A DNA stretch of 64,000 nt from Octopus sinensis. Its lineage: Eukaryota. Positions 49,985 through 63,790 of this stretch are shown here, in pieces; the stretch's first letter is position 1; each line of letters opens with the position of its first letter. The DNA lies in contig NC_043001.1 in NCBI RefSeq assembly GCF_006345805.1, positions 6,572,001-6,636,000 on the forward strand, given 5' to 3'. The notes under the pieces are model-generated. The model was not told the DNA's origin and searched no databases. It was given only the letters and a program-made list of their open reading frames with translations. A program made the position numbers and the translations under genes.

Positions 49985-50535
49985 TCTAGGGTTTATACAT
50001 TTAATATTTTTTTATCCTTCCTTATACCAGTTCCCATATGCTGCTCATATCTCCACTCGGTCTGCTTAGGAGGTTTGTTGTGTCCTAGCATATGTGTTGC
50101 TTTTCTAGATTTTGTATTTCAACCGAAAGGTTCTGCTAACAACAAGACGAGGATAATTATCCGTCGAATGTAATTGATGCACATTATTCCTCATCTGAAA
50201 AAGATATGAAGCCCATATGACATCAGGACAGCATTCAAGAGTAATACAACACTTCGCAAATATCTCCTTTGAGGAAAACCACCAATAGAAGAGAATATGA
50301 CCAACTACTACGTGTGCTCTATCCCATGCAGCTGTGGTAGATTATGCAAAGGCGAAACATGCCCCCTCAAAATATGGGTAGACAAACATTGCAAAGCTAT
50401 TACACGAGGAGATATTAATAAATCGGGTATAGTTGATCATGTATGGAAAAAGGGAGACCACATCCCTCTGTGGGCTGAAGTTAAAATAATAGAGAGAGAA
50501 CACCACTGGAAAATGCGAAAACTAAAAGAAGCAGC
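49985..50535. mobile_element. Penelope-like GIY-YIG endonuclease remnant in inverted arrangement
   Basis: Plus strand 50197-50535: PYDIRTAFKSNTTLRKYL..YVCSIPCSCGRLCKGET..KSGIVDHVW..H.PLW.EVKIIEREHHWKMRKLKEAA. Minus strand ~50125-49985 continues with HMLGHN.LLSRPS..MSSIWE-like C-terminal sequence. A family tail fragment lies at 50138-50196 (+). Confidence 0.8.
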
Positions 50536-50620
50536 AGCACGCGTTAATTTCACGAGCAGGCTGTTTCGTTGTTCGGATCAACTTCAACCATCGTCGTCGT
50601 AACCGACAGAGTACCACGAC
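50535..50620 (+). mobile_element. RTE-like SINE/LINE 3' tail fragment
   Basis: GTTAATTTCACGAGCAGGCTG...CGTCGTCGTAACCGAC, shared with the tail of the 18445 SINE. Confidence 0.55.
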
Positions 50621-51829
50621 GATATTGATAAGTTTTTAGAAAACAATTAACATATATTTATCACAAATATTTATTTCATCTTATGTTAAATCCCAAAATA
50701 TTTTTCTTTTGAAGATTAGCATTAATTTCACAATTGTCTTTCGTATTAACGTTAAGATATATGTTAAAATATATTGTATATTTATTGTATATAAAGAATA
50801 TTTTATGATATTTGCAATGGTGGCAAATATATACTTCCAGGTTTACCCATCTTATGAAGAGTAACTCTGATATGAAGGATATTTGCAACAGAATTCATAG
50901 TCACTGCATCTTATATTTTTGAGTGAATATTTAAGATCTGTCTAAATAGCATTTTTTGTCAATTTACCACTTCATTGTTTATGGTGAAGGAAATTATTCA
51001 TGTTTATAAGTTTTTGCTTCTATGTGAGCTGACGTATTAAAACTTCTTCAAACTATGTTTGTGAAATATAGAAAGAAAAAAAAAATGTCTGTTATAACAC
51101 TCTGCATAATTTATACGTCAATAAATTAACCGATGTTAAAGTGTTATGATGAACTTACAAGTTTTCATTTTTCGAAACAATTTATCATAATTTATTGCAA
51201 AAGTAAAATTAACAATTTTTACTTTTACAGCGCATGTTTGAATAGATAGGATTCTCCAGTAAACACTAGATTCTATCAGAAATTTGTAGTCCTTAAAATA
51301 CACATTTGGGATTAGATTTGTGTAATGTTCATAAAAACAAAAATAATAAACGCTGAGTTGATTTATTGTCTTCCGAGATATTTAAATTGAATAAAAAAAT
51401 AAATATATATAAAGATAAATATAACATCAAATCAAATATATTTGCATTTGAATGATTTATTCAGCTGCAACGTTCTCGACACCAATATTGGGGTCAAAGG
51501 AATATAACATCTCCCTTTACATTTAGACTAATCCTTGTGTACACATATTTTTCTATTGATATTTCCAGTGAAATTTCATGTTTTACAATGTTGTTTGACA
51601 TTGAGCATCATGAACGGGAATAAAATATACGACGATTGGCGGGTTTTGGAGTTTTATGCACGTTACAGAGATTAGAATGCTGGTATTAAAAATGATACTT
51701 GTGTAAATTTCCACGGTGCTAGATATGGTCTCGTTTTTGTTTTGCAAAAAATCAATCGGAATTTCACATAAATACTGAATGGCATCCCATTCACAAATAT
51801 CCCTCATTTTATTATTATCTTTAGTTGCT

Positions 51830-52240
51830 TTCTTGTTTCAGTCCAACCTGTGGCCATGTTGGGCAAACGATTTGAAGGATTTTAATAGAAAACATCGATC
51901 CCGTACACATATTCATTTTAAGCCTGGGATTTATTTTCTTTTAACGAACTGCTAATTTACGTGGATGTAATCGAACCAACAACGATTGTCAAGTATTGTT
52001 AGGGAACAAACACAGATACAAAGGCACATAATGTATACATATATACGAAAGACTTCATTCAGGTTCCGGCTACCGAATCCAATCATAAAATTTTGGTCTG
52101 TCCGAGGCTATAAAAGAAGAGATGTGCCCAGAAGCCACGCAGTTACACTTAGAAAACCTCATGGTTTCTGGTTCAGACCCACGCGTGGGTTTTGTAGTAG
52201 GTATCTTCTATAGCCTCTTGTCCGTCGATGTTTGTGAGTG
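51830..52240. mobile_element. Degenerate CORE-like SINE pieces in opposite orientations
   Basis: CTTGTTTCAGTC..TGTGGCCATG (tail, minus) and GGTTCAGACCCACGCGTGG..CTTCTATAGCCTC (head, plus). Confidence 0.55.
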
Positions 52241-52559
52241 AATATGTTACCCTTAATATTTGATGAAGCCCATATATTTATATATACACACATACATACA
52301 CGTATAATATATAGTAGCTGCTTTTTCATATATGTGTAAAGCAATTGCTAAGAAGAAAAATTGAAATAAGTCATTGAGGATGCAATGTGAATCCCTTGTA
52401 CAAATCTTGAGCCCGGCCAAATATTTGCGCATTCTGTGGCATAATGCACAACTGTGCTGGCTGACAGAGGGAACAGGTGCCACAATATGAATTTTTTGAC
52501 AGGCCTTGTCAATCCTCCAACTGAAAGGCACATATTTACACAGGTTGCACATGTTCTGT

Positions 52560-52790
52560 TATGAAAGACATTCGTTTCACAATTTACAATGGGTTAACTC
52601 CTGTGGCATTTCTAATTACTGGTCAGTCTTGCATGACTCAAGCTTTCCCTCCGACAAATCCCACACATAAAATGCAGCATTCCTCATCTTCCTCAGGTTC
52701 ATTCTGTCTAAGCTTTCTCTTGGTCTTCTCGTGCTTCTTTCTCTCTCGTTCAAACTTCGAACAACCACCGTGCACTCTTTTCCTCCATCC
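52560..52790 (-). pseudogene. Possible C-terminus of a pogo-like transposase (basic tract + Cys-rich finger)
   Basis: Minus strand KFERERKKHEKTKRKLRQNEPEEDEECCILC, then KCH..P..NC...TCATC in a shifted frame. No DDE domain seen. Confidence 0.3.
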
Positions 52791-52874
52791 AGAAATTACA
52801 TTTGTAGTATCTCAATATAAAAAATATCAATAGCAATGCTGCTTGATTGACTCCCCCAGTCGCAATTCGCAACG

Positions 52875-52877
<3 letters not shown>

Positions 52878-52915
<38 letters not shown>
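52878..52915. repeat. (GA)n microsatellite
   Basis: Direct reading. Confidence 0.95.
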
Positions 52916-52919
<4 letters not shown>

Positions 52920-55476
52920 ATAGACAGACAGAGAGTTGTCATCTGTGTGTGCGTGTCATTCTCTATGTTGCCTGATAACCAGTGTTGGTTTGTTAAAATC
53001 TCCCGAACCTAGTTTCTCTCTAAAAGACACCGACAGAATAATATGTTCTAGGTTTACAAGTGAAAACACTGTGATCAATTTGTTCAAATAAACTCATTAA
53101 GGCGGGGATTGCGTATATCCTCAATATAAAGACTAATACAAGTCAAAGATACAAGTAATCTTATTCTAATCCATCCTCTACGTATATTTGCAAAATTTTG
53201 CTAAAATAAGTTTTTGTTCACGTTTTCAGCTTACTCCTTCTCTTTTACTTACTCTACTCCGTTCTCTGTACGTTGTGAATTGTGACTGAGGAAGTCAATC
53301 AACCATCACATCATTGCTATTCACTGTTTTTTATATTGAAACCCTGCAAATATTCGTCCCGATTCCGTCGGTGCTAATACAATAAAATTAATGAGAATTA
53401 AATCGATTAGGAATACTTTATACTAACTCTGATGATTACAATTTGCAATCCAGATTATGGTCGTTCAAAGATGAATGTTAACCACTGCAATTAATCTCAG
53501 ATGATTTGCTAGTGAAAATAAATAAATTACATTATTTATAATTTTAAAAAAGCGTTATATGCGTTCAATAATCTCAGTAAGTCATTAACAAATACCTGTA
53601 ATACCAACGAGTTGATGAAATTATTAGTAACTTCAGTATATTGGAACTTTAACAGATACGAAAAAAAATACAATTATCAATGCATTCATCACGGACTCGG
53701 TATTATAATTAAAATCTCATTTCTGACTTCAGATTTAAATATCAAAATAAAATTGACTCCTATTTGAGTATCTATAAAAAATATAACGCTTGTTTATCAT
53801 CAGCCTGAGATGAATCAGCAGGATGTAGAATAACAGAGCTCTTCATAAACAGATTTAAGTCGGTTCAATCAGTAAACTTGTAGCGTTGGTCTTTCATTTA
53901 ACATTTTCGTTCAGTTTTGAAATAATGCTGAAGAATTTACGTAGCTGTACCGCTCTCTAAATTTCGTGTTTATGTATTCTATGAGAATGCAGGCATGGAA
54001 TTGAATTCATGATCTAAGAAGACAAATCTTGTGCAATAAAATGTGTTTAGATCATCTAGTGAATTTAATATTCATTCTTTACAATATTCATGTAAAAAAT
54101 ATGGAAATATTTGAAAAAGTACATATCTAAGAGACTTAAGAAAGATGCCAGCTAGAAAAATGTGAAACAAAAATAAAAAGAATATTTATTTAAAAAATTT
54201 TGTGAAAATTCTTTTCAAATACTATTCTAAAACTTTTGGGTTTTCTCAAAAGATTTCTGTTTAAATGCGTTTCCGGAAAGCATAGTTTTAGAAATGAATT
54301 GTTAAGATGATTAAATAACTAATTAATTTTAGAATGCTTTTGCTAAGATAAACTAATCAACGTAAATTTCTCCTCAATTATCGTAGTGGTTTTGTCGTTC
54401 ATATAAATAGCGTTCACAGCAAGACAAAACCTTGATCATGTGATGGAATATATGGAAAAGAAAGATTTTACGCTACAATTATCCAATTAGTCCATTCAAT
54501 TTAACTGAGTGTTACTATTAATTGAAATATTTCTACATTAAAAACGGATAAATATTTTAAAACATGTTTTCTTATTCTCATGTTTATCTTAAAACAAAAT
54601 ATATTTCGAGAAGAAAAAGAATCGAAAAATATGTGTAAAAATCTTAATATGAATTTAGTTTACTAATTAGAAAGCATGATTTTCTTTCCCAATAAATTAT
54701 TTTCCATTGTTATAAGTATCAGGAGAAAATATTTAAAGTTTTATTAGGACGTAATGTTTCTGAATATGGCTACACCATAAGATAAATCATATGCTATAGT
54801 AATTATTAGAATACAAATCAGTGTGGAATAACGTATTACGTAAAAACAACGGCTTTGCACCTTTTTTATTTTATTGGTCGAAAAACACTGGTTTGCTTGA
54901 TACACCAAAAGTACCTTGTGTTAATAATAGTATGATGATTTTAAAAAACAAATATGCGTCCATACTCCGTAGTACATACAAAAAATGGCATGAAAATAAC
55001 TGGAATAATTATGAAAATAATTCCGTCGGAAGTGGATTAAGGTAAAATATTTTATAACTGTAATGTATTAAAGGACAACAAATATATTACGATAGGATTA
55101 CGTCAAAGGAATGAATTAATTATTGAAATTTTACAGAAATTGCTACAGAAAATAATCACCACCATCATCAAAGAAATCTGTATTATTTACCATTTCCAAC
55201 AAAACTATAAATGGGAAGACGTATTAAGTCGAATAAGAAAGTTGACTTCCATAAGAATTTTCACTGACAGACAAAACAAGATTGTGCCATCAATTCGAGA
55301 ATCAATGCTCAATATATAAAAAAAGAATTGCATTAAATTTTGGCTGAATGAGTACGAGGATTCCACAAATATTTTTAATCATCATAAACTCTTCTGCTAA
55401 CATCAGTGACACAATGTAGGTGATCCTTGGAAATACAGGCGTGTAAACTTATGGTATATATGTATATCTATATGTA

Positions 55477-55508
<32 letters not shown>

Positions 55509-56011
55509 TGCGTATGCGTGTATGTGTGTCTAGGTGTGCGAGTGCGTGTTTATGCGTATATATATATATATATATATATATACGCAAAATGTTTTACTAT
55601 TAAGCTAAACTACCCGCTCACAAATCAATCTGCGCTTTTAGATGATTTAAAGTTAAATATATAAATACATGTATAAAAAGAACTAAGCATATATATGAAA
55701 TGTGTTTTGTAAGATACAAATAAGATGGTAATTTATGTTCAAATGGTAATTTATGTTCGAACTCTGAGACGCCTTTGAACAGCAGAAAGACAAAGCAAGT
55801 TGCTCTTGCAACTTGAAAAAATTTGTTTCATGTCAGCCACATTGGTAGAAGGGAACTGAAAGAACTGAGGGGTTGGTATTGAGTATTTATGCTCCTATGC
55901 ATGAGCAGATATACGAAATTTTGCATAATATTATAATAGAAGCGCGATTCTTGACGAAAGAATACGATAACTCGAATCCAATTTATTGACATACAGTGAA
56001 GTTATCTATAA

Positions 56012-56168
56012 TTTCAAATTCCGCCGAGGGCGACTTTGCCTTTCATCCTTTCGGGGTCGATAAATTAAGTACCGGTTACGCACTGGGGTCGATATAATCG
56101 ACATAATCCGTTTGTCTGTCCTTGTTTATCCTCTCTGTGTTTAGCCTCTTGTGGGTAGTAAAGAAATG
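56012..56168 (+). mobile_element. Meta-like SINE, 5'-truncated
   Basis: TTCAAATTCCGCCGAGG...CTTTCATCCTTTCGGGGTCGATAAATTAAGTACC...GGGTAGTAAAGAAAT. Confidence 0.85.
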
Positions 56169-59100
56169 GGTATTTTATGTATATGAGGTACAACTACACA
56201 CTAAAGAATTATTTCAATATTTAAGACGGAATGTGCATGCGCTAAACTGAATTGATGTTGTATCGCACACCATAGACTAACAAATCGGTTCAAGCCAACT
56301 ACTTGGGATCCCCACAAACCCCAAGAGCTACCTTGATTGTCCAAATACGTCTCGTATTCGTTAGCTATCATTTTAAATTCTGCAATGGAAAATACCTCAA
56401 GTCGAAAAGAAAAAAAACATCTGAATACCGAAGTAGATAATGTATATTTTATAATCAAAGTTCAACTTTAATCTGTACACATGTTATTACAAAGATTTGT
56501 TGACTGCTAATCAATCTTATACGGCTTTTTTCAGAAAGTCTCGACAAATATCTTAGTTCAAAAATAGCATTCACTCATTTGTTTTCGCTTTCTTTTCTCC
56601 ATTTCTGTTGTGACAAACACTTTTTTAGTTGATTATTTAAATTTTATTTGAAATTGCCTCGAGATTTTTTCTTTCACTAAATATTCTAGTAAGTGAATTA
56701 TTTTCTAGATTAAGTTAGAAACATTTACAAAATCAAATTTGAAAATATCAATATAATTAGATTAAAAAAATAATATCATGATATTGTAATACCCACTGAG
56801 CTTTTCTCTTGGCGAAGCCGAAAGCAATTATATTTCGAGGAATGTTTATTGATGAGAGAATCGATATAAGTGAATTACTCATAAATATATTAGAGTCCAC
56901 GCGGGTGATTATACAGCTCGTATGATTTGAACTCAAACTTATGAGTATGTATAGAATGCCGTATAATTATATTCGTTCGCAACGTTTGGGGTTTCAAATT
57001 TTATCAAGATTTTCCATAAAACGAAAGAAGTTTTATACAATGTTTGTTCTTGTTTGTCATTCAATACCAACTCTGATATATGTAAATATGAGTATATCTA
57101 TGCCATTGTGAGTGTGTGTGTGAGCATTTGTCAGACATACATGAGTGTATATGTCTGAGCACATGTAGCTGTGTCTGTGAAGGCATGTGTTTATGTGTTT
57201 GTGAGTTTGTGTGTTTGCGTATCTGATTTCCAAACACATATCTACAAACATTAAACATGCTTTCATTTGTGATCCGCTTCGTTATTATTACCTGCTCCAC
57301 CAAATATCATTTTATTGTCGAAAACACGCCAATGAAAACTTTTCACACATAAAATTTCCCTTGTATGTCTATCCACTAATAATGGGAAGAAGGATAGCTA
57401 TATACTAACAGAATCGATATTAACATAAAATAATTTGCGATATATTTCCGGTATATAAATATATTACCTTTCGTCAGAGAGGAAACGTGAAGCGATGATA
57501 TTGTGGCGCAGGCAGATAAGGTTTCTGCGGAATTATACGTAAACTTTGCAGACACACACACACATAAACATACCCCAAACACAACACACATACATTTACA
57601 TGCACACACACACACACACACACACACTTACACATTCACTCACACGCATACAATGAGTATATATAATCTACGTATTTGTGTTTGTGTGTATTAAATGTAA
57701 TGTATGTTTGCGAGTTTTTGTTAAATTTCCCAGATAAGAGTCAATGAAAATCCAATATTTATTAGATTTTCTTAATTGGCAACTAAAATATCTAGTAGCT
57801 CTCTGATAACAAATAATGAATATATTCTTGGCCAAATTACATTTCTCTTTGCAGCTTGAAGCTTATCGCTACTATTTCACTTTATGGTGCCAAATGACCT
57901 GAGAGGTTAAGGTTTGGAAATCAGATACTTATTATGGGATTATTCTCTTTTGATGTATTTTTCAAAAAGTGTCGTTTCAATATTTTTTCCGACTAATAAA
58001 TCTATTTGTTGTGAAGTTATTTTTGTTTCAATTGTTTTCTGTTAGATTACATTTGGTTTCGTATATATTCCAATATAAAAGAGTTTGAAATATAAGTTTC
58101 TGGCATTCAGTCAACTTGAAATATTTCCAGTGCAACATGCGAGTGGCGGTGTTTATTTGAAAACTTTATTTCTCTATATTGAAATCGTATTCTTCTTACA
58201 AATATTTCTTCCAATTATTGTTTGAGAAGAAATGTAAATACAGGAAGTGTGAATTTGATAGAGAATTTTGCAGATCAGCTGGCGAACAGTGAAGACGAGA
58301 ATGTTGAAGAGGAAAGTGTAACAAACAGTATATAGGATTTATTTAAACAAAAACCACACAAGCATGCGCGAAATCACTTACATTTCTGGGTATGCATGTA
58401 TATATCTATATACATACACACATATATATTAACACAAACATAACTGCATATATACACATGTACATACATACATCCATACACACATACATGTTGTTTGGGA
58501 CAGACAGGAGAAGATATGTGCCGTCATAGTTGTTAGTTGTCCTGGAGATGCTAATATCTGTTTAAAAATCTAACAGAAAGTGGAAGACTATGGACAATTG
58601 CTTCGAAACCTCCAGTTTGTATACAAAGATTAAAATTTATGTTTATACCAATAAGAATTGTTGCAAATCATTTTCTGAGTAAATGCCTATCTGATGGGTC
58701 TGGATAAGCGTCAAGTTTCTGAAAGAGAAATGAACCAACTAACTCACACAATATAGATACAATCTGTAAGTGGAACATTCAAAACATACAAGACTTTCTC
58801 AAGTTTAACATGTGATATTGTTTTTGCTATCAACAATGGAGATTTATGTCTTTTGTTGAAAGCAGTGCTTTTCTCTGGCGACGAACTTAATTAAAAATAG
58901 AAGAGAGACATACACACACACTTACATACTGGCATGTTTCGTAACTCCAGGTGCCACCGGCCTACTGCTCTCCCCACCTGTCGTTACCTTTATTGCGTGC
59001 AATCCTCATTTCCTCGTATTGCCCACGTAGGGTTGTGGGCAAAATAATTTTGGAAATGCAAGAATGCCAATACTGAGTCTTAGATATCTTAGTAACAGTA

Positions 59101-60529
59101 AAAAAGTACAACGTGAGGAAATTGCACCATGCAAGTAGTCAGAGGCTCTCAAGTATATCCCTTAGTGATGCGATGCCAATCAACTGATTGGTTTTCTCTG
59201 GAAGGAAGATTACCAAAGACACAGACGTGCATCAAATGCTTCTGACGGTTTTGTCAAAGATGAAATGGCAGGAGTTATGTGACCTGCTGAAACATAACAG
59301 AGGCTGAAGAATGCAGTATTTTAAATTCTGAAGAAAATAATATTTCAATAGTGAAATTTATATTACAGTAATTATGCGGTTAGTATCATTTACCTAATAT
59401 TTACCAGTTTCATTTCGTAGTTTAATTGTTTTGGCCTCCGATTGATTAAAAATCACAGACAAACTAATTTTCATACGAAAATCAATTACATTTTAAGATT
59501 GTTTAAAATTATGCAAATAAATAGGAGAAAATGAGAAAAAAATAATAAATGAGTTTTTTTTTTCTTTCTTGTTGATTTTGTTTTTGCCATTAGAATCACG
59601 TTATTTTGAGATGTTTGTTTGTTTTTAGAATTCTATTTCTGTTCTAAACAATGTCTACACGAAAATGAACTCAGATACGCACTTCTGTAGCATGAAAACA
59701 AAAAAAAAGGAAAAATGTCTGACATTTTAGAATCATAAACAAGCCAACACCATACCAAAGATCATGGAATACGTCTTGCAATATTTCAGAACTTAGCGGT
59801 GTCACGGAATATTTTTCAAGCAATATTTGCCATTTCAACTCTAGCAAAACAATCATCAACAATCTGATATATAACTGAATCATGAATCTCCCGTGAGAAT
59901 GTCACTCACTTACCATTAAAGCATTTATGAAATTATGGGGTTAAAATGACTATAAATGAAACAATAATGCAGGCGAAGTGTACTGTCAACCCATCTGGGT
60001 TTTGATCGCTAATGTTCAACTCCTGACATACTGCTTACGTCTGTTCAAATTCGCATTGAAGATGATTTGACGTAGACTACAGACGCACAAGATCTAAGGG
60101 TACGTGTATAAGTATAGACACACATGTTCATAATTAAGGTGTAGGTTTTACTTTGAGTTTTATATAGCATTCTTAAGAGAAGTTAAGCCGGTCGTTAAAC
60201 ACGCGTCAAAATGTTTTAGTTGTCAGAGGTCCTGGCTTTGGTTCACTGAGTGTGTTAGAGTGTGTTAATTGAACCGTCGATGCACACAGCTAAATGTGTA
60301 GTTATATTCATCTACATATTCTCCAATGAAGAAACTTTGGTACTTCTTACAAATCTTCACGATGGCGCTTATAATTTGGATTTAGAGAATGTGCATAAGT
60401 TTCGTTTGCCCTTTTTTTAAAAGATCCGGGTGTTTGAACGTTTAAATATGTTAGTTCGTAGCCTAATACAACTTTAATATTTACAAAGGATATATATTGT
60501 CAAAGTACATGAGATGTACGTTCCTCATA

Positions 60530-60670
60530 GATTCACCATAGAAGCTCTCTTTTAGTACATTCACATCCACTGGGAAGTCGATATCTACAACAGGGCATGA
60601 GGTTTGTTCTCCGTCACGCAGAACAATATCAGGTTCGTGTTTACGGAAAATTGCTGGTTTGAAGTCCGTT
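60530..60670 (-). pseudogene. Old REL-endonuclease LINE remnant
   Basis: ORF 60481-60675 contains HEPDIVLRD...CPVVDIDFPVDVNV, resembling the PD..D motif of the R4/Dong copies. Confidence 0.4.
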
Positions 60671-60989
60671 AGCACTACTTGTCCCTTAATTTAGGAATCA
60701 GGTACTAATATATGCCTTTGGGGTATTCGTAAGAGCAGTCCAGCCCAAGGCTAGCATTATAAGTATTGCTCGCAGATATATCAAACCAGGGGTGCTGATA
60801 TTATCTCATAGACATTTTATGGCAGCGGTTGATGGTGTATGTGATATCTTCCACGTAGCCGCTACGTTCAATCACAACGTGCTCTGTTTTTATGCATGAA
60901 TCTACGCAAACACATACAAACACATACACACGTGCACACAAACGCAGACTCACACGCTTGTATGCACACATGCACAAACACTCACACAC

Positions 60990-61026
<37 letters not shown>

Positions 61027-61231
61027 ATCGGTATTGTAAATAACGATCTTATCCTTGTTTATATAAAAATTACATATTTACTTCGTCAAATTCACTGCGG
61101 TGGTATTTTGATCACGTGGAGTTTAGAAGGGCAACTAAATTGGTCTCGTATATTACGTACATATATATGTATATATACGTGCGAAATTGTATGTTGTATA
61201 CATGCATACATACATACATACATACATACAT

Positions 61232-61262
<31 letters not shown>

Positions 61263-61296
61263 TACACACACACACATATATATATATATAGTAGAA

Positions 61297-61334
<38 letters not shown>

Positions 61335-62279
61335 TAACCGGTGTTGTTGAAATGATGAATATTCCGCGTAAACCATTGGTTCGTTTTGTTTTCTTACTTT
61401 ATAATCATCTCATAATCATGTCATAATAATGACATTTATGACTCGTATTACTACCTCAGTCAATCTAAATGTATATAATTGTCGTTACCTGTCATAAATA
61501 GCCTTTTTCTATTTGCAATATGCATTTTCGTTGATTTTTCATATTTTACCCTTACATTTCCACGTGTATTATTCTTTTCGCAACATATTTCTACTATATA
61601 TATATATTTGTAATTATGTACTATTTGTGTATATCTCACTGATGAGGCAGAATGTATTTTTATACACACCTAGAAATCCGCATCTGAGTTGACCCACAAT
61701 TTGTTTCTAGTTTATTTGTTTACTTGTCTCTTAATATTGTGCTGTATAAATATATGAAGTGGTTTTAGAATCAAGTTTTGACTGTTGCCTCTACCATGTT
61801 GTTATTCCCATGCTGGCCACTTTATATGATCAGTATTTTGAATAACGATCTTAACCTTATTTATATAAATAAAAAGAGGAACATATATATTCGCGTTTCA
61901 GACACCTGATATGGAGACTCTGTGCTTCAATTAGGAATCACCTAAGTAGTCTCACATCCTCACTTTAACAGCACCGTGAGATGTGCCGCAACCGTCAATT
62001 AGGACAATCTAAGACACTTACCAGAATATTGGTATAGTGGAAATAAAATGGATATTCACGTGAGAAAATAAAACGTAAATCACAAATCAATACCGTAATC
62101 GAACTGTATATCACGTACATTTATAGCTACTTCCTTTCATCTACATTTGACTTACACATACACATCTAGCACATAATATAATTTACAACAACCCATGATT
62201 TCTTGTGTTTGACTAGCTTCAAAAACCAAAGTACTCAAGCTACCGCCACATACTGACCAACATCCAGTAGAAATTAGCG

Positions 62280-62410
62280 AAAGACAGGCATGGCTTTATG
62301 GTTAAGAATGATGCTAAAAGCACTTTGTCGTTTTCGGTTCAGTCCCACTGCGGGGTTACTTGAATCAGTGTATTCTAGCGAATCTTGGGGACAAACAATA
62401 ACCTGCGAGA
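62280..62410 (+). mobile_element. Degenerate CORE-like SINE head
   Basis: GACAGGCATGGCTTTATGGTTAAG...CGGTTCAGTCCCACTGC. Confidence 0.5.
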
Positions 62411-63295
62411 ACATTCGATCAATTGGGATTGCGTGGAATGACCTCGTATAATGCATCTACCTTCTTTGTTTTTTTTTTGTATATTTATTTATTTATTCAG
62501 AGGCAGATATAAATATAACAACTTGGAGTTTTCCTAATAGAAATGATGTTGTAGACTCTCTAAATGTCTGTTTGTCTCTTGATTTGTTCTGGGGATTTAA
62601 TTTTTATTTATGTTTAAAGAAGAAAGCGTAACAAACATTCATTTAATTTTCGATCGAGATGTCAATTTTCACGAAGAGTTTATAACGTCCAAAAGACAAA
62701 CAAAACCATGTTTTGAAAACAAGTTTTAACTAGAAAAATTTGTAATATAATATTTCGAGTCCAGTGAAATATTTTCGTTTACGTATTCAAATATACATAT
62801 ACATTCAATTTTCTCTATGCAGTCAGGTTTGAAAATATTTCACAGTACGCAAAATTCTACATTAACAAATCCTTTGAATTAATATTTCGGTTCAGTCGAA
62901 ATTTCAGTTGCAATTTCAACTCAGTGACCTGTCTGTAATAACTTTCATGTCAGGCCACTAAAATAAGAAAGCAACCATTCCTTCTTGAAGCATAAATAAT
63001 GACTGATTCTACAGGATACTCAAAAGACTTGAAACATTGTAAACTGCATTCCACTCCAAATCCTTTTATATTTCTCTATGTTTTGCCTTTTAGGTGTTTT
63101 AAGCATTAGACTGTGACCATCCGGGAGCACTGCCTTGATGATTTTTTAGTCGAATGGATCAGCCCACAGTAGATAATTTCTAAACTTTGTACGTATTCTA
63201 TGGTTCCATATTGCCGAAGCATTGCGTAACGGGGACGCATACACGCCAACAACGGTTGTGAAGCGGTGTCTCGTTCAAAAACATACACATCCTTC

Positions 63296-63365
<70 letters not shown>

Positions 63366-63399
63366 TAATACATATATAATACATATGCCTATACACAAA

Positions 63400-63790
63400 C
63401 ATATGTGTACATACCTACATATATAAGTATATATACATGCATATATGTGCACACGACGTCAAAAAACGTGAACAAAATGAAAAACGAGAACATAAAATAA
63501 CAAAAACAGGGAAAACGAGCTCCTTTTCGAAAAACCAAAGAGTCAAATAGAGAAAGGTGCCTCGTAACGCGGAGTAGATATAACAGGGCAAAACTGTTGA
63601 GGGGTGTTTTTTATGATGCCTTTCTCATTTCTCTGTTTGATTATTTCGTTCTTCGAAAAATGTTCGATTTCCCTATTTTCGTTTTTTATGTTTTCGTTTT
63701 TCATTTTGTTCAGGTTTGTTGGACGTCCTGTACGCATATATGCACGTACATATACATGTATATGTAGGTATGTGCATATGAGTATGTATA
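63400..63790. repeat. Diverged inverted repeat (~130-bp arms, ~110-bp spacer)
   Basis: GACGTC..TGAACAAAATGAAAAACGA.AACATAAAA..AGGGAAA..TTTTCGAA (~63454-63532) mirrors ~63645-63727, and similarity extends into the flanking AT/CA tracts. Confidence 0.7.

Noticed and set aside
54821-55045. 74-aa ORF in an AT-rich region
   Set aside because: Short, non-ATG start, no motif; expected by chance.
58590-59300. piggyBac-like remnant (TMDNCFETSSL; KTQTCIKC)
   Set aside because: Only two very short motifs, with no continuous frame, TIRs or TTAA junction found.
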